The notes: generated from the sequence alone by a model not told the origin. Shown: positions 41,246 through 50,691, counted from the first letter of the stretch. The stretch is DNA of 53,311 nucleotides from Bacteroidales bacterium (GCA_016937295.1 JAFGWF010000099.1:1-53311); one strand, 5' to 3'. Made by a program: numbers and translations.

Positions 41246-42130
41246 TGCCTTTCTTAATGACGATTCAATCGTTTCGTGCTTAAATCGAAAACCTTCATCC
41301 ATTATTTTTTTTGCCGAAATCCGACTTCCTTTGGTTACTAAAACCGCCATTTCTCCTAAAATCATTTTCAGCAGAAACTCCGGCACTGGAGGTAGAAATA
41401 ATGGACGTTTTAGGTGTTTCGCTAAAACTTGATTGAATTGTTTTTGTTTGAGATGTTGTGGTGCAACGGCGTTGTAAATGCCAGATATTGACGTTTCTAA
41501 GGAAAATAAATAAATCCCTACCAAATCTTCAAGATCAATCCACGGAATATATTGATTTCCACTGCCTAAATTTGCGCCAACAAAAGCTCGGACAGGCATG
41601 GCCATTTTTTGTAACGCTTTGGATTCCTTCGATATTACAACTCCGGTGCGAATTATCACTGTGCGAAGTCCTAAATTGGATGCTTTAAGAGATTCTTTTT
41701 CCCAAAGTTGGGTGGTATAACCTAAAAAATCATTTGCAGCAGGGGCGCTTTCTGCAAAAATTGTATCGGTTGTGACTGCTCCATAATAGCCTGTAGCTGA
41801 GGCTGAAATGAATATTTTTGGTGGATTCTCTGCCTTAGAGATACTATCAATTAACAGGTTTGTGCCTTTTTGTCGGCTTTCGATCACTTTCGTTTTTTTG
41901 ACTTTTGTCCATCGACTAGAGCCAATATTTTCGCCGGCAAGATGTATCACCGCATCCGCTGATTCAATAGCTTTTATATCGATTTCTCCCTCCTCAGGAT
42001 TCCATTGAAAATGTTTTTCTGTTTTTGGTTTTGATCTGGAAAGATGTAATACGGTGTGTGACTTTTTTTCTAAAGCTTGTGTTAATTCTTTTCCGATATA
42101 TCCGGATGAGCCCGTAACTAAAATATTCAT
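41240..42130 (-). CDS. TIGR01777/YfcH-type NAD-dependent epimerase family protein (with DUF1731 C-terminus)
   Basis: It has a Rossmann GxxGxxG (VTGSSGYIG) and is 296 aa long. The C-terminal tail pattern is SAKKIMDEGFRFKH. It overlaps rnc convergently by 6 nt. Confidence 0.75.
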   Translation of the reverse strand: MNILVTGSSGYIGKELTQALEKKSHTVLHLSRSKPKTEKHFQWNPEEGEIDIKAIESADAVIHLAGENIGSSRWTKVKKTKVIESRQKGTNLLIDSISKAENPPKIFISASATGYYGAVTTDTIFAESAPAANDFLGYTTQLWEKESLKASNLGLRTVIIRTGVVISKESKALQKMAMPVRAFVGANLGSGNQYIPWIDLEDLVGIYLFSLETSISGIYNAVAPQHLKQKQFNQVLAKHLKRPLFLPPVPEFLLKMILGEMAVLVTKGSRISAKKIMDEGFRFKHETIESSLRKAL

Positions 42131-42151
42131 ATAAATTATTGAAAGATAGTA

Positions 42152-42811
42152 TTATACGTATTTTGTAATCAATTCATTAATGTTTGAGTTTTTGTCATAC
42201 TCCTGAATATTCCAATGAAAATACTTCAGTTTGTTTAGAAGAAAGTTCATTTCACTAAGCTCATCATTCGACAAGTTGCCTTTGATAATTAACGAAACTT
42301 TGTGCATTTCGGCAAAGGTGTCGAATAATTCTTTTTTCCCTTGTTCGGTCAATTCAACTAAAATCATGCGACGGTCACCTTTGTCTTGAATTTCCTGAAT
42401 TAAGCCCTTTTTCACCAATCGCCTTAAAATTTCACTTCCTGACGAAATTTCCATCAAATGGCGATTTATTAAATCGGATTTGTTCAACTTGCCTGCTTCG
42501 ACCAAAGTAGCCATAAAACCAAATTCGTCAATGGTGTGAATCATCTTATTGTCCAATGCCTTTTTGATGTAATGCCTCGCAAACCGATACATTGTGCCAA
42601 CCAAAGTGCTAAACTCTACCTCAGGAATATCTTGGTAATTAATCACTTCCGAAACAGTAAAACTGTCCTTATGCGCTTTCTTAGGTTTTGCTCCACTGAA
42701 AAGTCTATCTTTCAAATAAATCGAAAATTCTTTAATGTCGTCATTTGAATTGGTGGATTCAAATTCTTCAAGGTGCTGAATTACTTCGTTTAATAATTTG
42801 TATTTGTTCAT
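42152..42811 (-). CDS. MarR-family transcriptional regulator with N-terminal extension
   Basis: It has a winged-HTH core (LNKSDLINRHLMEISSGSEILRRLVKKGLIQEIQDKGDRRMILVELTEQG). The start is placed at MNKYKLL; the ORF extends to 42829. It is divergent from the receptor operon. Confidence 0.75.
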   Translation of the reverse strand: MNKYKLLNEVIQHLEEFESTNSNDDIKEFSIYLKDRLFSGAKPKKAHKDSFTVSEVINYQDIPEVEFSTLVGTMYRFARHYIKKALDNKMIHTIDEFGFMATLVEAGKLNKSDLINRHLMEISSGSEILRRLVKKGLIQEIQDKGDRRMILVELTEQGKKELFDTFAEMHKVSLIIKGNLSNDELSEMNFLLNKLKYFHWNIQEYDKNSNINELITKYV

Positions 42812-42902
42812 TTTCGTAAAATTTAGCAATTTTTAATACGAAATCATAATCTAATTTAAATTATAGCTATAGTTTTGCAAAATTAATCCAAAATAGTAGA
42901 AC

Positions 42903-43637
42903 ATGGTCTTAAATAAGTATAAAATTGTATTAATAATAACTGCTATGGCAATAGTTTTAGTTTATTGTCAAGTTCCAAAACGGGGAGTTAATTCCGTTGA
43001 GTTTAATGATTCAGCTACGTCCGGCAGATTGGTAAAAATTTCGGCTGAGGCCGGAAAGGGTCATAATCACCCATCTTTTGTTATTTGGCAGGAAAATCTT
43101 CAAGGGGAAGTTATGCGCACTTTATTTGTCACAAAGAGCTACGCATCAGGGATATTTGGTCATGAAAATGTGGATGATTCCTTGTGGCTCGATCGTCCGG
43201 GAAAGAGCTATCAACCTTCAGCCTTGCCTTATTGGACTGAACGTAAGGGACTTATTGATGGCAAAACATATATACCAACTCCTGAAAATCCTTATGTAGA
43301 TGCTGTGACCGGAGCCACACCTGAAGCAGGGTTTTCTCTAAAGGTTAGGTTGGAGGCAGTAGCTGGAACGCGAATTTTGATGGAAGTTAACCAAGCGTGG
43401 GACTGGAACGAATACTGGACTAACGACCGCATTCCGAATAATGACGCATACAAACATTCCGCACAGCCTTCCCTAATTTTTGCAGTAACCATCGACACTT
43501 CAGATTCTGTTTTTTATTTGAATCCGATAGGTCATGGCGATCCAACAGGTTCGAGCGGAAAACTTTATACCGACTTAAGTGGTTTTACTACTGCAAGAGA
43601 AATTTTCAAAAATATTAAAATCACCATCGAAAATTAA
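42903..43637 (+). CDS. secreted hypothetical protein, possibly DUF2271-like
   Basis: 244 aa with a signal peptide. FVIWQENLQGEVMRTLFV and DAVTGATPEAG resemble the DUF2271 pattern from memory. Its stop overlaps the start of the downstream receptor. Confidence 0.4.
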   Translation: MVLNKYKIVLIITAMAIVLVYCQVPKRGVNSVEFNDSATSGRLVKISAEAGKGHNHPSFVIWQENLQGEVMRTLFVTKSYASGIFGHENVDDSLWLDRPGKSYQPSALPYWTERKGLIDGKTYIPTPENPYVDAVTGATPEAGFSLKVRLEAVAGTRILMEVNQAWDWNEYWTNDRIPNNDAYKHSAQPSLIFAVTIDTSDSVFYLNPIGHGDPTGSSGKLYTDLSGFTTAREIFKNIKITIEN

Positions 43638-46012
43638 TGACAATGAAAAAGATATTTACGTTAATGCTTTTATTTCTTACGGTTTATTCCTTTTCTCAAA
43701 ATGGCAGAGTCGAAGGGAAGGTAATTGACAAGGAAAACAAAGAGCCCGTAGCATTTGCCAATGTGCAAATTGTTGGAACCACAACAGGAGCTGTAACTGA
43801 TTTAGACGGAAAGTTTATCATCACGGGTTTAAAGCCGGGATATATTAATCTGAAAATCACCTTTGTAGGTTATAAAACTTTTATCACTACCGAAATCTTA
43901 ATCACCAATTCCAATCCGGTTTATCAGGAGTTTGAATTGGAATCTACCACAAAGCAATTGGAAGCCGTTACCATTGTAGCCAATCCATTTGATAAGCGTG
44001 ATGATGCGTTAGTTTCAGTTCAAAGTATTGGTATAAAGGAGATTGAGACTAATCCCGGAGCAAATCGCGACATTAGCCGAGTGATACAGTCATTTCCCGG
44101 TGTGGCTACAACTCCTGCTTTTCGCAACGACATTATTGTACGTGGCGGAGGTCCGAGTGAAAGCCGCTTTTTTCTCGATGGCGTTGAAATTCCTACATTA
44201 AACCATTTTGCTACACAAGGAGCCGGAGGAGGTCCGGTTGGAATTATCAATTCCGATTTTATTGCTTCGGTTGATTATTATGCCGGTTCGTTTCCCGCTT
44301 CAAGATACAATGCGTTGAGTGGTGTGTTTGAGTTTAGGCAAAAGGAGGGTAATAACAAGAAACTCAATGTTCAAGGAGCTTTGGGAGCTAGCGAGGCCGC
44401 CATTACATTCGATGGCCCTCTTGGTAAAAATGCCAACATGATTTTTAGCGTTAGAAGAAGTTATCTTCAATTTCTCTTTTCGGCTTTAGAATTGCCATTT
44501 TTGCCCACATTCACCGATTACCAGTTGAAAACAAAAATCAATCTCAATAAGAAAAATGAGCTTACCATTATCAGTATCGGGGCTTTAGATCAGTTTGCTT
44601 TGAATACCGGAATAAAGAATCCGGATGCTTCGCAAGAATATATTTTGACGCAAATTCCAACTAATAATCAGTGGAGTTATGCCATTGGAGGCGTATGGAA
44701 GCATTTCACCAAAAACGGATTTCATACCTTTGTGCTGAGTAGAAATATGTTGGATAATTCCTTCTTTAAATATCCTGATAATGACGAAACTAAGGCAAAA
44801 ACATTGGACTACACAAGTCAGGAAATTGAGAATAAAGCGCGATGGGAGTTTTCACAAAAACTCAATGGTTGGTCGATTCGTTATGGGTTGAATACCGAAT
44901 TTGCGAAGTATAATAATCAAACCTCGCAGTATGTTTATTTGAATGATTCCTCATTTTTTTACAACTACCAATCGGAGATGAATTTGGTAAAATTTGGGGG
45001 TTTTGGTCAGGTATCGAGACGAGTTGCCAATGAAAAGTTATTGATTTCGTTGGGCTTGAGAGCCGATGGAACGAACTTCAACAAAGTGATGTCGAATCCT
45101 TTGAATCAACTATCGCCAAGGATTTCGTTTGCTTATAGTCTCGACCAAAACACCAAGATCAATGCAGGTGTGGGAAGATATTTTCAGTTGCCGGCTTATA
45201 CCACCTTAGGATATAAAAATGATGCAGGCGATTTCTTGAATGAGGATGTGGAATACATTGGAGCTAATCATTTTATTCTTGGAGCTGAAAGGACTTTTAA
45301 GGATAAAGCCCTGCTTTCTGTTGAAGGATTTTATAAGGATTATTTTCAATATCCTATCAATAAATTCACCGGATCGAGTTTGGCCAATAGTGGTGCCGAT
45401 TACAGCAGTGTAAGTGGAGCTACCGAAGTGTTGTCCATCGGAAAAGGCAGAGCGGTTGGTGCCGAGCTTTTGTATCGATTACGATTAAAGACTTTCTATA
45501 TTATTGCTGCTTATACCTTTGTGCGTTCCAGTTTTACGGATACAACGGACACCTATATTCCATCTTCCTGGGACAGTCAGCATTTGCTTACGCTCACCGG
45601 AAGTAAGGAATTTAAGAAAAATTGGGTCTTAGGGTTTAAATGGCGTTTTTCGGGTGGATTGCCATATACGCCTTACGATTTGGCCACTTCATCCAATATC
45701 CAAGTTTGGAATGCTTTTAATCAGCCTGTTTTCGACTATTCCAAACTCAATGCCGAGCGTTTCGATCCGTTCCATCAATTGGATATTCGAGTAGATAAAA
45801 GGTTCTATTTTGAGAAGCTGACCTTGATGATTTATTTTGATATTCAGAATGCTTATAATTTTAAGAACAAAGGACAGGACTATGTTATTCGGGCAAAAAA
45901 TCCGGATGGAAGTTTTCAAACCACCGACAATGGGACGAAATATGTGCTTACCCCTATCGAAAATATTTCGGGAACTGTTTTGCCAACATTGGGGTTGATG
46001 GTGAAGTTTTAG
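43637..46012 (+). CDS. TonB-dependent receptor (CarboxypepD_reg - plug - barrel)
   Basis: 791 aa with a signal peptide, CarboxypepD_reg (VEGKVIDKENKEPVAFANVQI), plug (IVRGGGPSESRFFLDGVEIP) and a barrel ending ..GLMVKF. Confidence 0.9.
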   Translation: MTMKKIFTLMLLFLTVYSFSQNGRVEGKVIDKENKEPVAFANVQIVGTTTGAVTDLDGKFIITGLKPGYINLKITFVGYKTFITTEILITNSNPVYQEFELESTTKQLEAVTIVANPFDKRDDALVSVQSIGIKEIETNPGANRDISRVIQSFPGVATTPAFRNDIIVRGGGPSESRFFLDGVEIPTLNHFATQGAGGGPVGIINSDFIASVDYYAGSFPASRYNALSGVFEFRQKEGNNKKLNVQGALGASEAAITFDGPLGKNANMIFSVRRSYLQFLFSALELPFLPTFTDYQLKTKINLNKKNELTIISIGALDQFALNTGIKNPDASQEYILTQIPTNNQWSYAIGGVWKHFTKNGFHTFVLSRNMLDNSFFKYPDNDETKAKTLDYTSQEIENKARWEFSQKLNGWSIRYGLNTEFAKYNNQTSQYVYLNDSSFFYNYQSEMNLVKFGGFGQVSRRVANEKLLISLGLRADGTNFNKVMSNPLNQLSPRISFAYSLDQNTKINAGVGRYFQLPAYTTLGYKNDAGDFLNEDVEYIGANHFILGAERTFKDKALLSVEGFYKDYFQYPINKFTGSSLANSGADYSSVSGATEVLSIGKGRAVGAELLYRLRLKTFYIIAAYTFVRSSFTDTTDTYIPSSWDSQHLLTLTGSKEFKKNWVLGFKWRFSGGLPYTPYDLATSSNIQVWNAFNQPVFDYSKLNAERFDPFHQLDIRVDKRFYFEKLTLMIYFDIQNAYNFKNKGQDYVIRAKNPDGSFQTTDNGTKYVLTPIENISGTVLPTLGLMVKF

Positions 46013-46076
46013 GAGAATATGCTATAACCATTACATAAGAAATAATCAAAAACAATGGCATAGCATAAAACATTTT

Positions 46077-46152
46077 TGAAGAAAATCCATAGATGAATTT
46101 TTATTAATGGAAACCCCGTAAATACGGTTCATGAAACGTATTTACGGGGTTT
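46077..46152 (+). repeat. 76-bp direct repeat, copy 1, containing a 36-nt near-perfect palindrome (left boundary of the AbiE cassette)
   Basis: TGAAGAAAATCCATAGATGAATTTTTATTAATGGAAACCCCGTAAATACGGTTCATGAAACGTATTTACGGGGTTT matches 48036-48111 at 73/76 positions. The palindrome at 46114-46149 has one mismatch. A T-rich tail means it could also act as the terminator of the receptor gene. Confidence 0.9.
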
Positions 46153-46322
46153 TCAATTACCAAAATCGGTTTTTCGTGAACGTTAGGCATTATCCAATCC
46201 TGCACTCCTCAATTAATCTCAATTCTGATTCACCGGTTCACAATTGCTCGGGATTTTAGAGTAAGATGATTTTCAATCGGGATTGGAAAATCGGTTATTT
46301 TATGCTGGCATTTTCAATGTTT

Positions 46323-47324
46323 TTATTCATCGGGCTTTATATTTAATTTTCTTATTCGATTTGTTAGTTCCAACATTCGGGTCAATAATTCCTCAAATGT
46401 TTTTTTTGATTCGTCATAAATAAAACTTTCACGTAAGTTTTCGTAATCATTTCTCCAATTGTTTTGCAAGTTTTCTGGAGGACAAATCTGTATTTGATCA
46501 GGATAATGTGTTCGATAATCTATACTTTGAATATTGTTGAATTTTTGTCGGTGTTTGATTATGGTCTTGTACAATTCGGAGTTTTGCAATGCCGATTCTG
46601 CATTCGGGCTATCCATCATTTTTTCTAAATCGTATAAATGCCTCGACATTCTCTCTGAGCGTGGATTTTCTTTTTGATATTCTTCGTGCAATAAAAATAT
46701 CTTTTCTAAAAAAGTACGTTCCGGCAATACAGTTTTAAACAAACATTTTATTTCATTATCTATTTTCGGATACTGAGAGTGAATAAATGTGGTAATTGCT
46801 TTATCAGAATTGGGTTCATTTAGCGACATTGCACTAAATTCAATTTTCACAACAGGTAAAATATAATCAATTACCGTGGGAAGAATGCTTTTGTATCTCA
46901 CTTCAATAGTTACGATCATTGCACTACTGTTTTGCGTAATAAGTTCTATTTGATAGCTATGTATTCCGCGCGAAATCAGAATTTTATCAATCTCTGTTAT
47001 CAATGTTTCTTTTACGTAATGAAATGCGTTTCGGCGAATTGCCGTTCTTTGTTGGGTGGTTTCTTCGGGTAAGTCAAAGTATGAGCGGCTTATTGCTATG
47101 TCAATGTCTTCACTGAAACGATTAATCAGTCCCCAAGCCTTGCTCAAAGTAGTTCCGCCTTTGAATTGCAAAAAATCAGCCCACGACGTTTTTGACAATG
47201 CCATTAATATAGCACATACCCACCAATCTTTTTCAATCGCCTGCTCAACAATTTTTTTCGTTCCTGCCGTTTGTTGAAGCATGACAAGTCTTTCGTCTTC
47301 ATTATATTGAAACCAAATGCTCAT
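46323..47324 (-). CDS. abiEii: nucleotidyltransferase AbiEii/AbiGii-family toxin (type IV TA / abortive infection)
   Basis: 333 aa with the hallmark FKGGTTLSKAWGLINRFSEDIDI motif and a later RHLYDL motif. It overlaps the upstream antitoxin gene by 4 nt (ATGA). Confidence 0.9.
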   Translation of the reverse strand: MSIWFQYNEDERLVMLQQTAGTKKIVEQAIEKDWWVCAILMALSKTSWADFLQFKGGTTLSKAWGLINRFSEDIDIAISRSYFDLPEETTQQRTAIRRNAFHYVKETLITEIDKILISRGIHSYQIELITQNSSAMIVTIEVRYKSILPTVIDYILPVVKIEFSAMSLNEPNSDKAITTFIHSQYPKIDNEIKCLFKTVLPERTFLEKIFLLHEEYQKENPRSERMSRHLYDLEKMMDSPNAESALQNSELYKTIIKHRQKFNNIQSIDYRTHYPDQIQICPPENLQNNWRNDYENLRESFIYDESKKTFEELLTRMLELTNRIRKLNIKPDE

Positions 47325-47947
47325 TCTGTTATTTTTTTAATGATTGGTAGAAGCAATTCTTTAATCCAAACAGGAGATAAGTATAAGTCGTTCATCATTG
47401 TAGTCCTTTCGTCTGTTTTACTCTCTGAAATAAGACTTATGATTTTATTCCTGATTTCGTTCGTAACACGACTTTCGCCAAGTTCTTTTAAAGCGATGAT
47501 TATTAGAGGCAAAAGTTTACCTTTAAATTGGAAGTTTTTTTGAACGGCATTTTTAAAAATAATGGTTCTTTCCCCAACTTTTACTTTTCGTTTTGCGCCG
47601 TTAGTTATATAAACAGCGTTCATCGGGACTTGGGTAGAAAATCCAAGAATATTCAATGCTGTATCGCCCGTTGGCATAATTTGGGCTTTGTCGCGTTCGG
47701 CAATCTTGTGGGCAATTTGATCTAATGTTGGGTATAAAATACCAAACTGAGTATGTTTAGGATTCATATAAATGCCTGTAGCCACACGAACAATTGCGCC
47801 TTCGTTTTGCAAACGCGATAGCGTTCTTGTAACCAGATTATCGTTATTAACATCCTCAAAATCATTAATTGTAAACAATTCTCCGACTTTGATATTTAAA
47901 ATCCGGTCTCTTATAATTTGAGAAATACTGTATTCCATATTTTGCAT
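47321..47947 (-). CDS. abiEi: AbiEi-type antitoxin / DUF6088-like transcriptional regulator
   Basis: It has an N-terminal winged-helix-like region (TRTLSRLQNEGAIVRVATGIY) and is translationally coupled to the AbiEii gene. The start is placed at MQNMEYS (47947). The ORF-track start at 48091 runs through the flanking repeat. Confidence 0.75.
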   Translation of the reverse strand: MQNMEYSISQIIRDRILNIKVGELFTINDFEDVNNDNLVTRTLSRLQNEGAIVRVATGIYMNPKHTQFGILYPTLDQIAHKIAERDKAQIMPTGDTALNILGFSTQVPMNAVYITNGAKRKVKVGERTIIFKNAVQKNFQFKGKLLPLIIIALKELGESRVTNEIRNKIISLISESKTDERTTMMNDLYLSPVWIKELLLPIIKKITE

Positions 47948-48035
47948 CAATAATATGTCTGAAATATTCGGTAAATTTCGGACAAAATTACGATTTTTTT
48001 TGATATTACCATCACTGTTGAATTTATAAAAAAAA

Positions 48036-48111
48036 TGATGAAAATCCATAGATGAATTTTTATTAATGGAAACCCCGTAAATACGGTTCATGAACCGTAT
48101 CTACGGGGTTT
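48036..48111 (+). repeat. 76-bp direct repeat, copy 2 (right boundary of the AbiE cassette)
   Basis: It differs from 46077-46152 at 3 positions. The palindrome at 48073-48108 has one mismatch, at a different position from copy 1. Confidence 0.9.
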
Positions 48112-48177
48112 ATTTAGTTTTAATGAAACCACACGAAACCCCGAAAGTTTTCGGGGGTGCGGTAGCGGGGTAGCGGG
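48112..48177 (+). repeat. REP-like element, nested-hairpin variant
   Basis: ATTTAGTTTTAATGAAACCACACGAAA-CCCCGAAAGTTTTCGGGG-GTGCGGTAGCGGGGTAGCGGG has the same 5' flank, outer stem and GGTAGCGGGG tail as the REPs around the RAYT gene. The loop is replaced by an extra hairpin. Confidence 0.8.
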
Positions 48178-48265
48178 ATATAATCCTACGATAGAGAGAT
48201 TGGATTTTTTGAAACAAATCGATAAATAATTATCTAAGAATAAGTACCTTTGCTCGCATTAATTG

Positions 48266-48273
48266 TATATTTG
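48266..48273 (+). promoter_or_regulatory. candidate Bacteroidota -7 box (TAnnTTTG) for the RhuM/Doc gene block
   Basis: TATATTTG lies 25 nt upstream of the ATG at 48299. Confidence 0.35.
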
Positions 48274-48298
48274 CTATCCTAATTTTTGACTGTAAAAG

Positions 48299-49279
48299 AT
48301 GGAAATTCAGAATAAAATTGAGATATATCAGAGTGAAAATAAGCAGACTGAAATTGCAGTACAGTTTGATAAGGAGACTGTTTGGCTTGACGCTCATGTA
48401 ATCGCACAACTATTTGATGTACAACGACCTGCTGTTGTGAAGCATATTAATAATATCTTCAATTCAGGTGAACTACAAAAAACATCAACCTGTTCCATTT
48501 TGGAACAGGTTGCTGCTGATGGTAAGAATCGTAAAATGAAATTTTACAATCTGGATGTAATAATTTCTGTTGGATACCGAGTAAATTCAACTAAAGCAAC
48601 CCAATTTCGTCAGTGGGCAACACAACGTTTAAAAGACTATTTGGTTAAAGGATATGCAATTAATGAGCAACGTTTGGAGCAAAAGCAACAAGAAGTATTG
48701 CATCTCAAAACCGGAATACAGATTCTTAGCCGTGCTATTGAAGCCCAAAATAAAAACAAAGACAATGAAATTCTAAGCATTTTCGCTAAAGGTTTAGAGT
48801 TGCTCGATGATTACGATCATGAAGAATTAGACGTATTAGGTCAAACTACGAAGGAAACTATTTTTCCTACTTATGAAGAATATCTTGATTTTATTGGCGA
48901 CATGTATTCCAATTATGAGAGTGATGTGTTTGCGAAACCTAAAGATGAAAGTTTTCATAGTTCGATAAATCAAATTGCACAGACTTTTGAAGGGAAGGAG
49001 CTTTATTCAAGCATTCAAGAAAAGGCTGCAAATTTGTTGTATTTTATTGTGAAAAATCATTCATTTGTGGATGGAAATAAACGAATAGCAGCAGCCTGCT
49101 TCCTGCTCTTTCTTGATAAAAATAATGCACTTATGAAAAGCAATAATGAATCAATAATCAGTAATGAAGCCTTGGCTTCTCTTACACTTTTTATTGCCAC
49201 AAGTAAGTCGGAGGAGGCTGAGGTTGTTAAACGATTTGTAATAAGTATTTTGAACCGGAGTACCAGTCAGAGCTTATAG
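48299..49279 (+). CDS. RhuM-family N-terminal domain fused to a Fic/DOC (death-on-curing type) domain
   Basis: The N-terminal 125 aa match the RhuM pattern (..KFYNLDVIISVGYRVNSTKATQFRQWATQRLKDYLVKGY..). The C-terminus carries the Fic/Doc motif HSFVDGNKR (nt 49058-49084). Confidence 0.85.
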   Translation: MEIQNKIEIYQSENKQTEIAVQFDKETVWLDAHVIAQLFDVQRPAVVKHINNIFNSGELQKTSTCSILEQVAADGKNRKMKFYNLDVIISVGYRVNSTKATQFRQWATQRLKDYLVKGYAINEQRLEQKQQEVLHLKTGIQILSRAIEAQNKNKDNEILSIFAKGLELLDDYDHEELDVLGQTTKETIFPTYEEYLDFIGDMYSNYESDVFAKPKDESFHSSINQIAQTFEGKELYSSIQEKAANLLYFIVKNHSFVDGNKRIAAACFLLFLDKNNALMKSNNESIISNEALASLTLFIATSKSEEAEVVKRFVISILNRSTSQSL

Positions 49280-49323
49280 AATATTAGATTCATTGAGGAT
49301 ATAATTTAAAAGATTTATAGAAT

Positions 49324-49956
49324 ATGGCAACAGAGATTTATTACGAAAACAGGTATAACGTGTCTATAACTGAACAACAGTTAGTAAGCATGGATGTATT
49401 TAAAAAAATCACTACTGTAGATGGGATAATAAAAAAAATAGAATCCTATAAAAATAATATAATAACAGGTATTGAATATTATCTTGATGATGGTGAAGAT
49501 GAGACAACTGTTTTGGGAGGATTAGTAATTTTGGTTTCAAATAGTGTATCTATTATTGAACGAGAAACCTATCTAAACTATAGAATAGAAAGAATAAAAG
49601 TGTTTTTTAATAGCAGTCTAAAGTTTAAATCAAATTTGCTGTTCGATTCAAATAATAATTTAGTTTGTGAAGAAGAAATCGATATTTCAACTGACCAACC
49701 AATTTATAATCAAACGGAGAAAACATTATATGATTCAAATAACGAGAAAATACTCGGGTTCGATTATAATGCTGATGGAAGTATTGAGAAAATATGGGGC
49801 ATAATGGTTGAGGACAGATTAATATACAAGGACCTTGGATCTGTTTGGCCTGAGCAGTCATTAAGTGCTGAAAAGATAGATGATTATTTCCCAACACTTT
49901 TAAGTAATAATCCATATTATTCTGATGCTACATTTTTACCAGCGGCAATAGTATAG
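49324..49956 (+). CDS. hypothetical cytoplasmic protein, family A copy 1 (no recognised domain)
   Basis: 210 aa with no signal peptide. It is a paralog of 50101..50691, with nearly identical termini (MATEIYYEN.Y..ITEQQL ... NNPYY.DAT.LP). Confidence 0.6.
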   Translation: MATEIYYENRYNVSITEQQLVSMDVFKKITTVDGIIKKIESYKNNIITGIEYYLDDGEDETTVLGGLVILVSNSVSIIERETYLNYRIERIKVFFNSSLKFKSNLLFDSNNNLVCEEEIDISTDQPIYNQTEKTLYDSNNEKILGFDYNADGSIEKIWGIMVEDRLIYKDLGSVWPEQSLSAEKIDDYFPTLLSNNPYYSDATFLPAAIV

Positions 49957-50100
49957 AATAAATAGGTGAGGATTAAAGAATTATATTAATTTGGAAATTA
50001 ATGAGCAATGAGACAGATATTTTTTAAAAAAAAACTGTGAATTAAATAGCCCTCAACATAGTATTAATTAGACAACAATAATACATTATAATATTAAGAT

Positions 50101-50691
50101 ATGGCAACAGAGATTTATTACGAAAACAGTTATGACAAACCTATAACTGAACAACAATTGGGACAAATGACAGATTACAATAAAGCTATTAAAATAGATG
50201 GAGCTTTAAAGCTGAAAGAAATTTTTACTAAAAACAATCTAGTCTTTATTTCTTATTACAAAGATCAGAATGAGAGTGAGACTGATGCAATTAATTTTAT
50301 AATTACTCAGTATTCTGGTATTGCATTTGAAATAATTGACAAATCAACATCAGGGGCTTTTACTATTGAAACAGTTAAAGGATATGATAAAAATGGTGTT
50401 TTTGATCCTTATGAACGAATTTCTTTATATGACTCCCAAGGGAGGATGATTTATGAAAAAGAGGCAGATGATATTGAAGTAACAATTATGAAGTGGTATT
50501 ACTCATATTTGGGTCATCCTCTTAGATGCAAGTACAATGAAGATACTGGATTGATTGAAACTGTTGATATGATAAGTGCAGAGGATGAGAATACACCAAT
50601 TGAAATTTTTCTTAATAGAATTATGCCAGACTTCCTTAACAATAATCCTTATTATGCTGATGCTACTCTTTTGCCTTCAGGAAAAGTATAA
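50101..50691 (+). CDS. hypothetical cytoplasmic protein, family A copy 2
   Basis: 196 aa. Its first 29 nt are identical to those of 49324..49956. The C-terminal NNPYYADATLLP is conserved and the middle is divergent. Confidence 0.6.
   Translation: MATEIYYENSYDKPITEQQLGQMTDYNKAIKIDGALKLKEIFTKNNLVFISYYKDQNESETDAINFIITQYSGIAFEIIDKSTSGAFTIETVKGYDKNGVFDPYERISLYDSQGRMIYEKEADDIEVTIMKWYYSYLGHPLRCKYNEDTGLIETVDMISAEDENTPIEIFLNRIMPDFLNNNPYYADATLLPSGKV

Noticed and set aside
445-45919. Numerous 60-130-aa ORFs nested in or antisense to larger genes. Examples are 445..759, 1947..2210, 6048..6398, 7016..7375, 15482..15736, 17679..17948, 19476..19775, 21564..21926, 22604..23002, 24996..25367, 28264..28575, 30166..30499, 33745..34020, 34685..35002, 39421..40153, 41458..42008, 43078..43498 and 45689..45919.
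   Set aside because: Each overlaps a longer ORF that has clear family motifs. Their translations are low-complexity or hydrophobic nonsense typical of antisense frames in AT-rich DNA.
47948-48091. An N-terminal extension of the AbiEi ORF, from the ORF-track start at 48091.
   Set aside because: The extra 48 codons read straight through the 76-bp flanking repeat and its palindrome. The same repeat at 46077-46152 gives only a short dead-end ORF. The internal start MQNMEYS at 47947 fits the DUF6088/AbiEi length.
49324-50691. The A-family proteins as Rhs/YD-repeat toxins.
   Set aside because: There are only one or two weak YD-like strings per protein. The proteins are about 200 aa and have no N-terminal secretion or PAAR-type region and no recognisable C-terminal toxin domain. 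The resemblance is too weak to call.
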